DNA of 64,000 nt from contig JBHGNT010000002.1 of NCBI GenBank assembly GCA_043228905.1, forward strand, positions 8,122,001-8,186,000, written 5' to 3'. Made by a program: the position numbers and the translations under genes. Below, piece by piece: positions 1 to 11,999 of this stretch (positions are counted from its first letter, which is position 1; the number at the start of each line of letters is the position of its first letter). The notes beneath the pieces were generated by a model. The model was not told the origin of the DNA and made no database searches. It saw only the letters and a program-made list of their open reading frames with translations. This stretch comes from Azolla caroliniana. Its lineage: Eukaryota; Plantae; Polypodiophyta.

Positions 1-149
1 TATGGGACGCCGATCGAGGCTCGAGTCCGTCTCGATCCCTTTGCTCGGGGGTGGTCGGGTGGATCGGCACCCTTCTTTCTCTTTCTCCTTTCTATCTATC
101 ATTTGTTTATCCTTATCTTAAGCTTACTTTAGTACTTAGATCTCTAATA
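1..149 (+). repeat. 3' part of the 5' LTR of element A
   Basis: Aligns with 11851-11999 with about 7 substitutions counted by eye; followed by the PBS. Confidence 0.92.
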
Positions 150-151
150 TT

Positions 152-163
152 TGGTATCAAAGC
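152..163 (+). promoter_or_regulatory. PBS of element A (initiator tRNA-Met type)
   Basis: tggtatcaaagc, one mismatch to canonical tggtatcagagc, 2 nt after the LTR end. Confidence 0.88.
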
Positions 164-395
164 TATGTACTAATGTTTCTTTGTTTTTCATTTGTCGTTT
201 GATTGATGGTGATCGATCGATGTGCGGTCGGCCTTGATCCAAACAACGATCAACAAAGAACTTCGGTAACTCTTTCCAGATTTTTTTTTCTATTCTCTCT
301 TCTCCCATCTAATCATGTGTTTAGTTTATATGTCATTTTTTTTCATTAAGTCAATGATGTTGTAGTTGTCTTTAATTGATTATCTAAAACATTTA

Positions 396-676
396 CATAT
401 GTGCACGAGGTCAATACCTCGTTTGACATATTAATAATATGTGATGAGTGTCGTATGCGTACGAGGTTAATACCTCAATTACATATTACGTTCACGAACA
501 TATGTTACGTATGAGTTCCGTTTTGCGTATGAGTTTAATACCTTGATTTGTTGTAAACGATATGCGGTTGGTCTCGTATGCGTAAGAGGTCAATACCTCA
601 ATTGCGTATTACGATGATCTCTTATTTGTGGATGTTTCGTGTGCGTAGAGGTATATACCTCGATTACATATCTCGA
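396..676 (+). repeat. Array of five ~40-nt imperfect stem-loops in the leader of element A
   Basis: Core GAGGT-N4-ACCTC (copy 3 degenerate) with extended stems at ~396, 452, 519, 574 and 637. Confidence 0.75.
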
Positions 677-1832
677 TCACATCATTTGTGGCTATTTAAT
701 ATAACGATATGTTAATATAGGCATATGTGGTCACATATATACGTATTTGATCGTATATATGTGATAAGTAAACATATGTGTATATTCGTTATTACGTGAT
801 TATATCGAAAGTTGTCCTTGTCGGGAAAAGGATGTTGGTGGCCGTCCTCACATTTTTGTGAGAATGGCGTTGTCACCATCCCTTTTTCAACAATTTTTTA
901 TTGTTGATAACCCCGTTGATGACCTCGATTTCGTTACGTAAAGAAACGCCAATAGCCATAATGATGTTGAGTACGTAGGGCTTGACCCACTTCAAGTGAG
1001 GTCGCTCCAATGATGCACGTATCCAACATCCCTCCCTCGTTACATGGATACGATGCCACCATGAGCTCGTTCTTATGAGAGGCATTCGTACCAACATAGT
1101 TTTGGTAAATGAGGGCGAAATAAGAACCCTTGACATATATGATCAATTGCCTCGCATATCTCTTATACGCATCAGACATTAAGCATTCGAGAAGAGCAAC
1201 TTACTTGGTTGGCTCAAGTGTTTAATGTATTTGTTTTCGAGGTCTCGAGTTCAAATATGACCAAGACCATACAACATCCTTGATACATATGACTATAACA
1301 CATGTTTAGACTTAAGGTCTAAGTGCACCTCGGGGTCCTCGTAATAGGACTTAAAGAGCCGAAACCACATATGTGGGCACCGAAGCATAGTTTATTGTTA
1401 ACATTTTTTTTCGTGTATAAACTATTCATGACGCGAACATACATGGTTGAGCCTCGGGGAGCCACCATGAAAAAATCGATATAGAGATCAGGGAAAGACA
1501 TTTATTTGTCACCCCCATGGTTTTTAAAACACCTTTGTGTTACCATAGTAACCTGATCTTGAACCTCATCTCATACGTCTAGAGGGGTATTGACATGAGA
1601 TCATGATATCGATTAATGTTTGCCCATGATATGTTTACATCACGACATGATGTTATGACTATCTCTCTGACCTTATCCTATTTCTTTTCCAGAAATAATC
1701 TTTATTGGCTCAAATTAACAACCCGATGTCATCCGCTCAAGCGGAAGGAACTCAAGGGAATCCTCCTGGACAAATGTCCACTGAGATGTATTTGGCACAA
1801 TAACCCAATACCTTAGTTTCACCGCTCAACAG

Positions 1833-2289
1833 ATGACCGAACTTCGGCAATCTCAAAGTGCTCTTGAGGCACGTGTCATTATTCTACAACGTGAGACTAA
1901 TAGACCTGATGAGCGACAAGGTGAACCATCATTTGTCATTAAGCCATTTACGGGAGACAAAAAGGAAAGAACTAAAGAAGCAATCTGCACATGGCTGGGA
2001 CGATGGGAGTCTCATTTTGAGCTCTATCCCACGCCAGATAGTACGAAGATTGCATATGTCGGCCGAGAACCTGGTGGCGTGGGCTCCGTACTATGAAGAA
2101 ATTGCCTGATACCTGGACAGATTTTGTCACGGTTTTTAAGGGCCAATTTCTGCAACCTCCCTCTCGAACCGAGGCAGCACAAGCTTTAGTGAACCTCTCT
2201 AGCAGGAAATTTTCCTCGCTAGAAGACTATGTTCACCATGCTAGAACCCAAATCCAAAAATCGGGTCTAGAAGGGGACAATTGGTTGAT
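1833..2289 (+). pseudogene. gag: gag N-terminal part of element A (frameshifted, cut by the Copia insertion)
   Basis: ORF pieces KPFTGDKK...WLGRWESHF and LPDTWTDFVTVFKGQF resemble retrotransposon Gag; coding resumes at 7729. Confidence 0.75.
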
Positions 2290-2950
2290 TGTTAGGGTTT
2301 GACGCTTCCAAAACCTTCGCTTCCCGGCCACAACCGAGGAAACACGGATCAATGCAGCAGTAAATCGAAAACACAGAGCGAGACTCAAATGCACAGGATT
2401 TAACGTGGAAAACCCTAGACGGGAAAAACCACGGGAGTGCAAGACTCCAACGATCACTATACGCAGGGAATGTACAATGGCGAGCTGCAAGGCGACAACC
2501 TTGAGCTCGCTGTCCTCGCCACAGGCGGCGGTATTACACAGAGGCGTCGACCTCTTCCTTTCTCTCTCTCTCTCTCTCTCACGGCTGCTCTCACTTCGCT
2601 CCCTCTAAATGGAAAACAGAAAAATAAGCAACAACTACAAAACTGTTTGCCCTAAGTCATATTTATACACATATGACTTTCGGGCTATTTACAAATATAG
2701 CCTCGAGGGCCCTTGGCAAACATATTCACAAATATGTCCCCGCATCCGGATCTCTCTCCGGGTACATTTGTCATCCGGCTCCGTAGCCGGGGTTCTCATC
2801 ATCCGGCTCCGTAGCCGGGGTCTTCATCATCCGGCTCCGTAGCCGGGGTCTTCATCATCCGGATCCGAAACCGGGTACTCCTCATTCGGGTCTTCATTCC
2901 CAATTCCCGCACATCCAACCATCCCATCCGGAGGGACCGTAATCCCAACA
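2290..2950 (-). repeat. 3' LTR of Copia B
   Basis: Direct repeat of 7066-7728 with about 8 substitutions and one CT-repeat indel; contains ~29-bp tandem units near 2770-2865. Confidence 0.96.
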
Positions 2951-2960
2951 AACTCCCCCT

Positions 2961-5900
2961 TCACTTCGGCATGGGATGTCTTTCCAGTCCGACCCTCTTC
3001 CGGCACGCTTCCAGCTTGTCGGGTGTGAGCACTTTGGTCAGCATATCTGACCCGTTCTCTTCCGTGTGGATCTTCGTCAGCACGAACTCCTGGTCTTCTA
3101 TCCTTTCCCGGATCCAGTGATATCTTCGCTGGATGTGCTTCGTCCGGGAGTGATAGGCCGCGTTCTTCGCAAGGTGGATGGCACTCTGACTGTCGCAGTA
3201 GAGTCGGTACTCCTCTTGCCGGATACCGAGCTCTCTAATGAAGTCCTTCATCCATATTATTTCCTTGCCGGCTTCAACAACCGCCATGTACTCTGCCTCC
3301 GTGGTTGACAACGCAACCGTCTTCTGCAGCCTCGACTGCCACGAGACAACTCCCCCTGCATACGTCATCACATACCCTGATGTGGACCGGCTGGTATCTG
3401 CATCAGCCGACATATCCGAATCGGTAAAGCCGTCGAGTTCGGGCTTACCGGAGCCGAATCGGAGGCACACGTTTGCCGTGCCCTTCAGGTATCGGAGTAT
3501 CCACTTAACCGCGTTCCAGTGCTCTTTGCCGGGATTGCTCATGTACCGGCTCACCACTCCAACTGCATATCCTATGTCCGGTCTTGTACACACCATTGCG
3601 TACATCAAGCTTCCGACGGCAGAGGCATATGGTACTTTCATCATGTCCTCCTTCTCAGCCTTTGTCTTGGGGCTTTGCTTGCTGGACAACTTGTAGTTTG
3701 CCGGGAGGGTTGACCCGACCGGTCTTGCTTCCGACATGTTGAACCGGTGAAGCACCTTTGTCACGTACTTCTCCTGTGACAGCCACAACTGCTTCTTCTT
3801 CCGGTCCCGGATGATGTGAATCCCTAGTATTTGCCTCGCCGGACCCAGGTCCTTCATTGAGAAGGTTCGGTGAAGCGCTTTCTTCAGCGTCCGTATCTTG
3901 ACCTGGTCCCGTCCGACGATCAACATGTCGTCCACGTATAGGAGGAGTATTAGAAAGTCTCCTCCTTCGAACTTCTTCACAAACACGCAGTGATCGGACT
4001 GCGTTTTGTGGTACCCTTCGTCAGTCATGAAGGAGTCGAACTTCCGGTACCATTGCCGGGGAGCCTGCTTCAGTCCGTAAAGGCTCTTCTTCAACCGGCA
4101 TACCAGGTGCTCCTTCCCTTTCTTCTCGAATCCTTCCGGTTGCTGCATGTAGATCTCTTCTTCGAGGTCACCGTGAAGGAATGCCGTCTTCACGTCCATC
4201 TGTTCTACCTCGAGGTCCATGCTTGCCGCTATGCTCAGCACCGTCCGGATGGAGGTCATCTTCACTACCGGGGCAAATATCTCGTCGAAATCGACGCCCT
4301 TCTTCTGCTGGAACCCCTTCACCACGATCCTGGCTTTGTATCTCGGGGGTTTTTCGGCATCTCCCGGTTTCAGCTTGAACACCCACTTGTTCCGAAGTGC
4401 CCGCTTTCCTTTCGGCAACTCCACAAGTTCATATGTGTGGTTCTCATGCAGGGAATCCATCTCCTCCTGCATGGCACTTAACCACCTGCGGCTATGGGTG
4501 TCAAGCTTTGCTTCTTCAAAACTCTCCGGCTCCCCCTCATCGGTTAGCAGCACGTGCTCTGGTTCCGGAAATCTCCGGGGGGGCCTTCTCTCTCTTAGAG
4601 GATATCTCCGTTCCGGAGCTTCGGTAACCGGCTCCTCCGTTTCCTCTTCATCCGAATCCATTTCGGGATCGGGGCCGGTTCCGGTATCAGTTTCATCTTC
4701 CTCGGCCGGTTCTGTTTCTTCACCGTCTTCGGCCGGATCCTCGAGTGCTAACCGGTCCCTTGCCGGTCGGGACTGCTCCTCGTAGAGTTGATCCTCACCG
4801 GTCGACTTGGAGCTCTTCATCTTCTTCTCCGACTCCCAGTCGGCGAGTGTCTTGTCCTCCATGAAGATGATATCACGACTCCGGAATATCCTTTTGTCGA
4901 CCGGGTCCCATACTCGGTAGCCGAACTCGTCGTCGCCGTAACCGAGGAATATGCATGGCCGGGTCTTTGGATCTAGCTTTCCTCTCCGGTCCTTTGCCAC
5001 ATGCACATATGCGATACACCCGAACACCTTCAGATGCCGGTAGGATACTTCCCTACCGGTCCACACTCTCTGCGGCGTGTCTCCGTCCAAAGGTACTGAG
5101 GGTGATCTGTTTATCACGTATGTCGCCGTCGACATTGCCTCAGCCCAAAACCCCTTGGGTAATTTCGCATGCGCCAGCATACTCCGGACCCTCTCCATTA
5201 TGGTCCGGTTCATCCTCTCGGCCAACCCATTCAGTTCCGGCGTCTTCGGCACAGTAAACTCGAGCCGGATTCCCTTCGAGCGACAGTACTCCACGAACTG
5301 CCCCCGGTATTCCCCTCCGTTATCCGCTCGTATCGCTTTCAGCTCCTTGCCGGATTCCCTTTCCACTCTCGCGTGGAGTTCTTTGAAGACGGACAATACT
5401 TGGTCCTTTGTCTTCGACGGTGCCGTCCACAGCTTCCGGCTATGGTCATCTATGAATGTTACGAAATACTGGGCTCCGCCATGTGACTTCGTTTCTACCT
5501 GACACACGTCAGTGTGCACCAACTCCAAAGGTGCGCTACGTCTCGTCGGTGGCCTTGAGTGGAAGGAGGCTCTGTTCTGCTTACCGGCCAGGCAATCGGT
5601 GCACTTCTCCAGATGCACATGCTTCACTGGAATAAGGTTGTCTTCTGCAAGCCTCTTCATCCCCTTCTCGCTCATGTGGCACAGTCTCTTGTGCCACAGC
5701 TCACTGGTAGTGTCAGCTGCCACGTTCAGCTCCTCCGGACATAGCCGGGAATTCATCAGGTACAATGTGTTGACCTTCCGGGCCCGAGCCACTATCAAGC
5801 TCCCTTTGCTGAACTTCATGACACCGTTCCGGATGCTACCCGTGTAGCCTTCATCGTCTAGCCTCCCGGCCGAAATCAGGTTCAATCGAACCTCCGGAAC

Positions 5901-7034
5901 GTGTCGAACATCCTTCAGCAGCATCTTGCATCCGGTTGATGTCATCAGCCACACGTCTCCTATGCCGGCAATCCGGCATGTACCTTCATTTCCCATCCGG
6001 ACACAGCCGTGCTCACCGGCTGTGTAGGATGAGAAGTATTTCTTCTCCGGGGTCAGGTGGAACGACGCTCCGGAATCGACCACCCAGGTCATCTCTTCAC
6101 CGGCAAGGTTCAACTCCCTCTCTTCGGTAATGAGCATTATCTCTTCTTCACTTGCCGCGAGTGCCGTCGTTCCTTTCCGGTCCTGCCCTCGCCGATCCGA
6201 ACCATTCCGGTCCGTGGCTCCCCGGTAAGCACCGTTCCGTTCCGAAGACTTCTTCGAATCGGTGTCGTCGGCTCCGTTATCTTTTCGGTAATGCCGACAA
6301 TTCTTCCGGAAGTGCCCCGGCTTCCCACAGTGGAAGCATGTGGGCCTTCCTCTTGACTGCGACCGGGTCCCCGACTTCTCCCGTCTTTGCGGACTCCGGT
6401 TCCGTTGTCTTCCCCGATCCGATTCGGTAAGCAGCATCTTCGGATCGGAGGCCGGTTCTTTATCTCTCCGACGCGCTTCTTCGTTCAAAATGCTCGTCTT
6501 TACCGTTTGTAAGGACAAGTTATCTTCGGTGCAGGAGGTGCTGAGAGTCACCACCAAGTTCTCCCAGCTTTCCGGCAATGTACACATCAGGATGATGGCT
6601 TGCATTGCATCTTCCAACGGGAACTTGATCGCCGCAAGCTGGTTCACGAATCCCATGAACGTGCTTACGTGTTCCGCCATACTCTCGCCGTCCCGGTACT
6701 TGAGGTTCACTATCTTCCTCATCAGGGAGGTCCGGTTCAACGCATTCTTCCTCTCGTAGAGGCCCGACAGCTTCCGCCACATCTCATATGCGTTGGTGTC
6801 GTTCGCCACATGTTGTAGAACGCTCACGTCGACGTATTGCCGAATGGTTGCAACGGCCTTCCGGTTCAGAAGCCTCCATTCCGTCTCAAGTACCCCCTTG
6901 GGTATTTCCGACCTGTCGATCGGTTCATACAGGTCCCGAACAATGAGCAGATCCTCCATCTTTATCTTCCAGTCGGCGTAGTTCTGCGCATTCAGCACCA
7001 TCATCCCCGGCTGCCCGCTGCTGCCGCCTTCCAT
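2961..7034 (-). CDS. gag-pol: Copia gag-pol polyprotein (Gag, CCHC knuckle, protease, integrase, RT, RNase H)
   Basis: Open frame of ~1357 aa from the ATG at 7034. Motifs CFHCGKPGHFRKNC, WVVDSGAS, LWHKRLCHMSEKG, DNGGEY, LYVDD, SRTKHI in copia domain order. Confidence 0.96.
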   Translation of the reverse strand: MEGGSSGQPGMMVLNAQNYADWKIKMEDLLIVRDLYEPIDRSEIPKGVLETEWRLLNRKAVATIRQYVDVSVLQHVANDTNAYEMWRKLSGLYERKNALNRTSLMRKIVNLKYRDGESMAEHVSTFMGFVNQLAAIKFPLEDAMQAIILMCTLPESWENLVVTLSTSCTEDNLSLQTVKTSILNEEARRRDKEPASDPKMLLTESDRGRQRNRSPQRREKSGTRSQSRGRPTCFHCGKPGHFRKNCRHYRKDNGADDTDSKKSSERNGAYRGATDRNGSDRRGQDRKGTTALAASEEEIMLITEERELNLAGEEMTWVVDSGASFHLTPEKKYFSSYTAGEHGCVRMGNEGTCRIAGIGDVWLMTSTGCKMLLKDVRHVPEVRLNLISAGRLDDEGYTGSIRNGVMKFSKGSLIVARARKVNTLYLMNSRLCPEELNVAADTTSELWHKRLCHMSEKGMKRLAEDNLIPVKHVHLEKCTDCLAGKQNRASFHSRPPTRRSAPLELVHTDVCQVETKSHGGAQYFVTFIDDHSRKLWTAPSKTKDQVLSVFKELHARVERESGKELKAIRADNGGEYRGQFVEYCRSKGIRLEFTVPKTPELNGLAERMNRTIMERVRSMLAHAKLPKGFWAEAMSTATYVINRSPSVPLDGDTPQRVWTGREVSYRHLKVFGCIAYVHVAKDRRGKLDPKTRPCIFLGYGDDEFGYRVWDPVDKRIFRSRDIIFMEDKTLADWESEKKMKSSKSTGEDQLYEEQSRPARDRLALEDPAEDGEETEPAEEDETDTGTGPDPEMDSDEEETEEPVTEAPERRYPLRERRPPRRFPEPEHVLLTDEGEPESFEEAKLDTHSRRWLSAMQEEMDSLHENHTYELVELPKGKRALRNKWVFKLKPGDAEKPPRYKARIVVKGFQQKKGVDFDEIFAPVVKMTSIRTVLSIAASMDLEVEQMDVKTAFLHGDLEEEIYMQQPEGFEKKGKEHLVCRLKKSLYGLKQAPRQWYRKFDSFMTDEGYHKTQSDHCVFVKKFEGGDFLILLLYVDDMLIVGRDQVKIRTLKKALHRTFSMKDLGPARQILGIHIIRDRKKKQLWLSQEKYVTKVLHRFNMSEARPVGSTLPANYKLSSKQSPKTKAEKEDMMKVPYASAVGSLMYAMVCTRPDIGYAVGVVSRYMSNPGKEHWNAVKWILRYLKGTANVCLRFGSGKPELDGFTDSDMSADADTSRSTSGYVMTYAGGVVSWQSRLQKTVALSTTEAEYMAVVEAGKEIIWMKDFIRELGIRQEEYRLYCDSQSAIHLAKNAAYHSRTKHIQRRYHWIRERIEDQEFVLTKIHTEENGSDMLTKVLTPDKLEACRKRVGLERHPMPK

Positions 7035-7065
7035 TTTCTGCACTGCAGTCGCTCTGATACCAGAT

Positions 7066-7728
7066 TGTTAGGGTTTGACGCTTCCAAAACCTTCGCTTCC
7101 CGGCCACAACCGAGGAAACACGGATCAATGCAGCAGTAAATCGAAAACACAGAGAGAGACTCAAATGCACAGGATTTAACGTGGAAAACCCTAGACGGGA
7201 AAAACCACGAGAGTGCAAGACTCCAACGATCACTATACGCAGGGAATTTACAATGGCGAGCTGCAAGGCGACGACCTTGAGCTCGCTGTCCTCGCCACAG
7301 GCGGCGGTATTACACAGAGGCGTCGACCTCTTCCTTTCTCTCTCTCTCTCTCTCTCTCACGGCTGCTCTCACTTCGCTCCCTCTAAGTGGAAAACAGAAA
7401 AATAAGCAACAACTACAAAACTGTTTGCCCTAAGTCATATTTATACACATATGACTTTCGGGCTATTTACAAATATAGCCTCGAGGGCCCTTGGCAAACA
7501 TATTCACAAATATGTCCCCGCATCCGGATCTCTCTCCGGGTACATTTGTCATCCGGCTCCGTAGCCGGGGTTCTCATCATCCGGCTCCGTAGCCGGGGTC
7601 TTCATCATCCGGCTCCGTAGCCGGGGTCTTCATCATCCGGATCCGAAACCGGGTACTCCTCATTCGGGTCTTCATTCCCGATTCCCGGACATCCGACCAT
7701 CCCATCCGGAGGGACCGTAATCCCAACA
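7066..7728 (-). repeat. 5' LTR of Copia B
   Basis: Repeat of 2290-2950; adjacent to the iMet PBS via a 3-nt spacer. Confidence 0.96.
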
Positions 7729-10700
7729 CTTGTTTTGTCAATGGCATCCCCAATTCAGACTATCACTGGATAGTGCACGATAAGGATCCAAAATCCTTCG
7801 AAGAGGCCGTTGAAATAGTTCTTCGCTATCAACGCACTTCGAAGAAGGACCATAACAAACCCAACGAAGCGCATGGGACTAAGCAGTTGCAATTTGTTGG
7901 GAAACGCAAGACACCCAACAAATTCCTGGATCGCGATTATAAGCGACAACATCCTTTTTGTGTATTCTGCAAAAAGAAGGGTCATACAAAAGATCAATGT
8001 CGAAAGCTCCAACGGAAAGAGCACGACAACAAAGCTAAAGTTGCAGACCATAAAGGTCAGATTCCTAATGTCCTTCAGGTCTATACACATCATTTAAGTA
8101 ATTTTCAATGTTCTTTCCCTCACTATGTATTGGGTCCCAATGATTTACTACGTGCAAACGGGTATATCAATGGATCTCCCGTACAATTTTTATTTGATTC
8201 GGGAAGCTCACACAATTTTGTGAATGATCGTTTGGTTCAGATATGGGGAATCCAACCCACCGTAAGTGATCACACCTACACGGTGCACTTGGCTGATGGA
8301 AGAGTACAATACATCAACGGGGCAATTCATTCATTAGGAATTTCTATTGATACTTATATAGAGGAAGTAGACTTCCATGTAATGAATCTTTGTACCACCG
8401 ATGTAATACTGGGTTATCCCTGGTTTTATAATAAAAACTCTTCTTTATTTATTGATTGGGTTCGTCATTCCATTTCTTTTGTATTGAACGATTGTACGCA
8501 TTTTATTCAATGTGTAAAAAAACAATCCCTCTCGATTGTTTCCTCGTGTCCATCAATATCCGAGTTGTCTTGTTCTACATTATTTTATTGTGTACTTGAT
8601 CCGGACATTCACATTTACAATATCGATAATGTCCCGGTTCAATTAACATATTTTGAACAACAACAACTTGATGAAATCTTAAATGATTTTCATGATGTTT
8701 TTCCAAGTGAACTACCTGATGGGTTACCTCCTAAACGTAATATAGACCATCGTATAGATATTGTACCTGGTGTTGCACCAATAAGTATACCTCCGTATCG
8801 CTTAAGTCGATCCAAAGAAGATGAGGTATCTAAGCAACTCAAGGACTATATATGAATGGGTTATATACGTTATAGTAAATCTCCATGGGGTGCACCAATT
8901 CTCTTGGTAAAAAAGAAAGAGGGCACATGGCGTATGTGTATTAATTACCGACGCTTGAATAAAGTGACGATCAAGAATTCGTACCCATTGCCCCGGGCTG
9001 ACGATCTAATTGACCGTCTCCAGGGAGCTCGGTATTTTATGAAACTTGATCTCCGTATTGGCTACCATCAAATACGAATAAGTGAGGACGATGTTCCTAA
9101 AACGGCATTTAGTACGCGCTATGGCCATTACGAGTTTTTGGTTATGCCTTTTGGTTTGACCAATGCTCCGGCTACATTTCAACAAGAAATGAATGACATT
9201 TTCCGAGAACAACTTGGAAAATTTGTCGTTATTTTCTTGGATGATATTTTAGTTTATAGCCGTACATAACAAGAACATGCTAGACATGTCCGCTTCGTTT
9301 TACAAACATTGCGTGACAAACAGTTTTATGCAAAGATCTCAAAATGTGAGTTCTTCAAGAAATCAATTACTTATCTAGGACATCTCATAACCGAACGAGG
9401 AGTTGAAATTGATCCTTCTCGCATTGAGAAAATCAAGCTTTGGCCCACTCTTCGGAATATTCGAGAAGTTCGATCATTCCTTGGTTTTGTCGGGTTTTTG
9501 CGAAAGTCTCTTCGTAATTACTCCCAATTGACGACGTTGTTTACTGATCTTTTAAAAGGTCAAACGCGTAAGTCTACAAAACCTATTGTGTGGAATGCTA
9601 CACTAGACCTCGCCTTTAAGGAACTCAAGCACCTGGTTTGCAAGGCTCCTTCACTTCTTTTACCTGATCCTTCAAAAACTTTTGAGGTTGAAACCGATGC
9701 AAGCGATTATGCTATAGGTGTTGTCTTGTATCAAGATGGTAAACCAATAGCATTCGAGAGTAAGAAACTTGATTCTGCTCAATGTCGGTATACCGTTCAA
9801 GAAAAAGAATTATTTGCAGTTATACATGCGCTCAAAACATGGCGCCATTATCTTTATGGAAATCACTTTGTGGTAACTACGGACCACGAGTCCTTGAAAT
9901 ATTTTTGTGACCAACAAGACCTGAAATGTCGTAAGGCACGATGGGCTGATCTCATCCAAGACTTTGATTTTTCCATACGATATCGTAAAGGTTCCATGAA
10001 CACTATCGTTGATGCACTAAGTCACATCTGTGAAGTTAACATGCTTAGCTTCACTGAAATAACATCGGATCTTTATGATCACCTTCGAGGAAAGTATCCT
10101 AATGACAGTTATTTTGCAAAATACTGGGCAAGAGTTGAGTCTGGAACAGACACCACCACATCCTCGAAGGAATACTTCCATATTGCTAACGGTTTGGTCT
10201 ACCGTAATGGGAAGGTTTGTGTTCCAGATTTACCCGAGGTCAAAAAGAGGATTCTTTTTTAATGCCATGATGCACCCTCAGCAGGGCACCCTGGAATACA
10301 TTGTACACTCGTTCTCATCTCCACTCAATTTTATTGGCCTAAGATGCGTCCTGATATACATAGCTATGTGACTAAATGTCACCAGTGTCAGGTTAACAAA
10401 GCCGAACGACTTAAAGCCGTAGGACTTTTACATCCCTTGGACATTCCCAATAATAAGTGGGAAAGTATATCCATGGATTTTATTGTTAGGCTTCCTCGCA
10501 CCCAAAAAGTTCATGATGCCATCTGGGTTGTCGTTGATCGACTAACTAAAATGGCCAGATTTATTGCTACTAAAACCACGGTAACAGCTCCTGAATTGGC
10601 TTACCAATTCATTGACGAATTGTTTCGTTTTTATGGGTTACCGATGGATATCGTGAGTGATCGAGATCCAAAGTTTACTAGTGACTTCTGGACGCAAGTC

Positions 10701-11558
10701 TTTAAGAAGTTAGAAACTACGTTGAGCATGAGCTCCACAGATCATCCTCAATCCGATGGACAGACAGAACGAGTAAATCAAATTATTGAGGACATGCTTC
10801 GAGCATACGTTGGTGCAAAACCAACAAAATGGGAACGTTATCTCCCAATTTTGGAGTTTGCTTATAACAGCTCCAAGCATACGTCCACGGGATATAGTCC
10901 TTTTATGTTGATGTATGGTTTTCAGCCACGAGCCCCGATTGATGTTAATATACATCATGATGAGTTGCGAAGTACGCAAAAATTTCTTCGGGATATGCAA
11001 GATATGTTGCATATTGCACGAGATAATATAAAAACAGCTCAAGATAGAGCGCGTTTTTATGCCGATCATCATAGGCAACCTCGTGTATTCAACCCTGGAC
11101 AGAAGGTATTTTTACGTGTACCTCACAATTCTAAGACATTGTCTACGGGTAAGTGCGCTAAGTTAGCCCCACGGTTTTGTGGACCTTTTACAGTCCTCAA
11201 ACGCATTGGGTCATCAGCCTATCGTCTCGCTCTTCTCGATGGTGTCGGAATTCATCTAGTCTTTCATGTGAGTCGTTTAATTTAAGAACTTCTAGGTTCT
11301 GGCGACAATACAGTTACAACTGAAACTTTGGTTACTTCTGAAGAATTATCTTCTAAACCACATGTACCAGAAAGAATTCTCGATGTTAAAACAAAAAAAT
11401 TACGTACTAAAGAAATCCGAGAATTTAAAATAAAATGGATGGATAAATCAATAAAAGACGCCACATGGGAATGCGAAAATACTCTCAGAACTAATTTCCC
11501 TAACTTTCCATTGCAAGAGTGCAATGTTTTAAATAGGGGGAGTATGTTATGGGCATGA
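7729..11558 (+). pseudogene. pol: gag C-terminus and pol of element A (protease, RT, RNase H, integrase, chromodomain) with stops and frameshifts
   Basis: [64 protein letters not shown]...IKW...ATWE. Stops at 8853 and 9267; frameshift near 10260. Confidence 0.93.
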
Positions 11559-11999
11559 CCATTTAATATCCCGTGGTGAGAATTTACCATAGTATTCTAT
11601 ACACGTGGATAAGTGTGAGGGTTAAACGAGAGTGTAAAGAAGGGGAGGATTACTTTTAATCCTCGGGATTGAGACAACCCATTAGGTCAAGTGTGAACTT
11701 GCCTGGGTGCCTTGGGTATCGCTATAAATAAGACGCCTAGGTACCCTCATTTGATCATCTTTTGACTACATCAAGACTCTGCTCTTGTGGTGGGTCAACT
11801 CTTGTAGCGAGCGCGCCAACACCAGGTACGACTCGACGCCACGATGGTGGTATGGGACGTTGATCGAGGCTCGAGTCCGTCTCGATCCCTTCGCTTGGGG
11901 ATGGTCGGGTGGATCGGCACCCTTCTTTCTCTTTCTCCTCTCTATCTATCATTTGTTTATCCTTATCTTAAGCTTACTTTACTACTTAGATCTCTAATA
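11545..11999 (+). repeat. 3' LTR of element A
   Basis: Starts tgttat right after the PPT, contains ctataaata, and its end matches 1-149. Confidence 0.9.

Larger units (their letters stand above)
2290..7728 (-). mobile_element. Element B: full-length Ty1/copia (Tnt1/Tork-like) LTR retrotransposon
   Basis: TG..CA LTRs at 2290-2950 and 7066-7728. PBS tggtatcagagc (minus, 7051-7062). PPT agggggagtt (minus, 2951-2960). Uninterrupted polyprotein. Confidence 0.97.
1..11999 (+). mobile_element. Element A: Ty3/gypsy chromovirus LTR retrotransposon, degenerate, interrupted by Copia B; 5' LTR truncated by the window edge
   Basis: 1-149 matches 11851-11999. PBS tggtatcaaagc at 152-163. gag, protease (FDSGS), RT (FLDD), RNase H, integrase and chromodomain in order. 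PPT aatagggggagta precedes the 3' LTR. Confidence 0.93.

Noticed and set aside
396-676. CRISPR-like array
   Set aside because: Repeats are degenerate, the context is a eukaryotic retrotransposon leader and there are no cas genes; kept as an RNA hairpin array
1200-1265. tRNA/SINE-like A and B boxes in the A leader (tggctcaagtg, gagttcaaat)
   Set aside because: Weak match, no stems, single occurrence
3066-7139. Many short plus-strand ORFs over Copia B
   Set aside because: Antisense shadows of a GC-rich coding strand with no motifs
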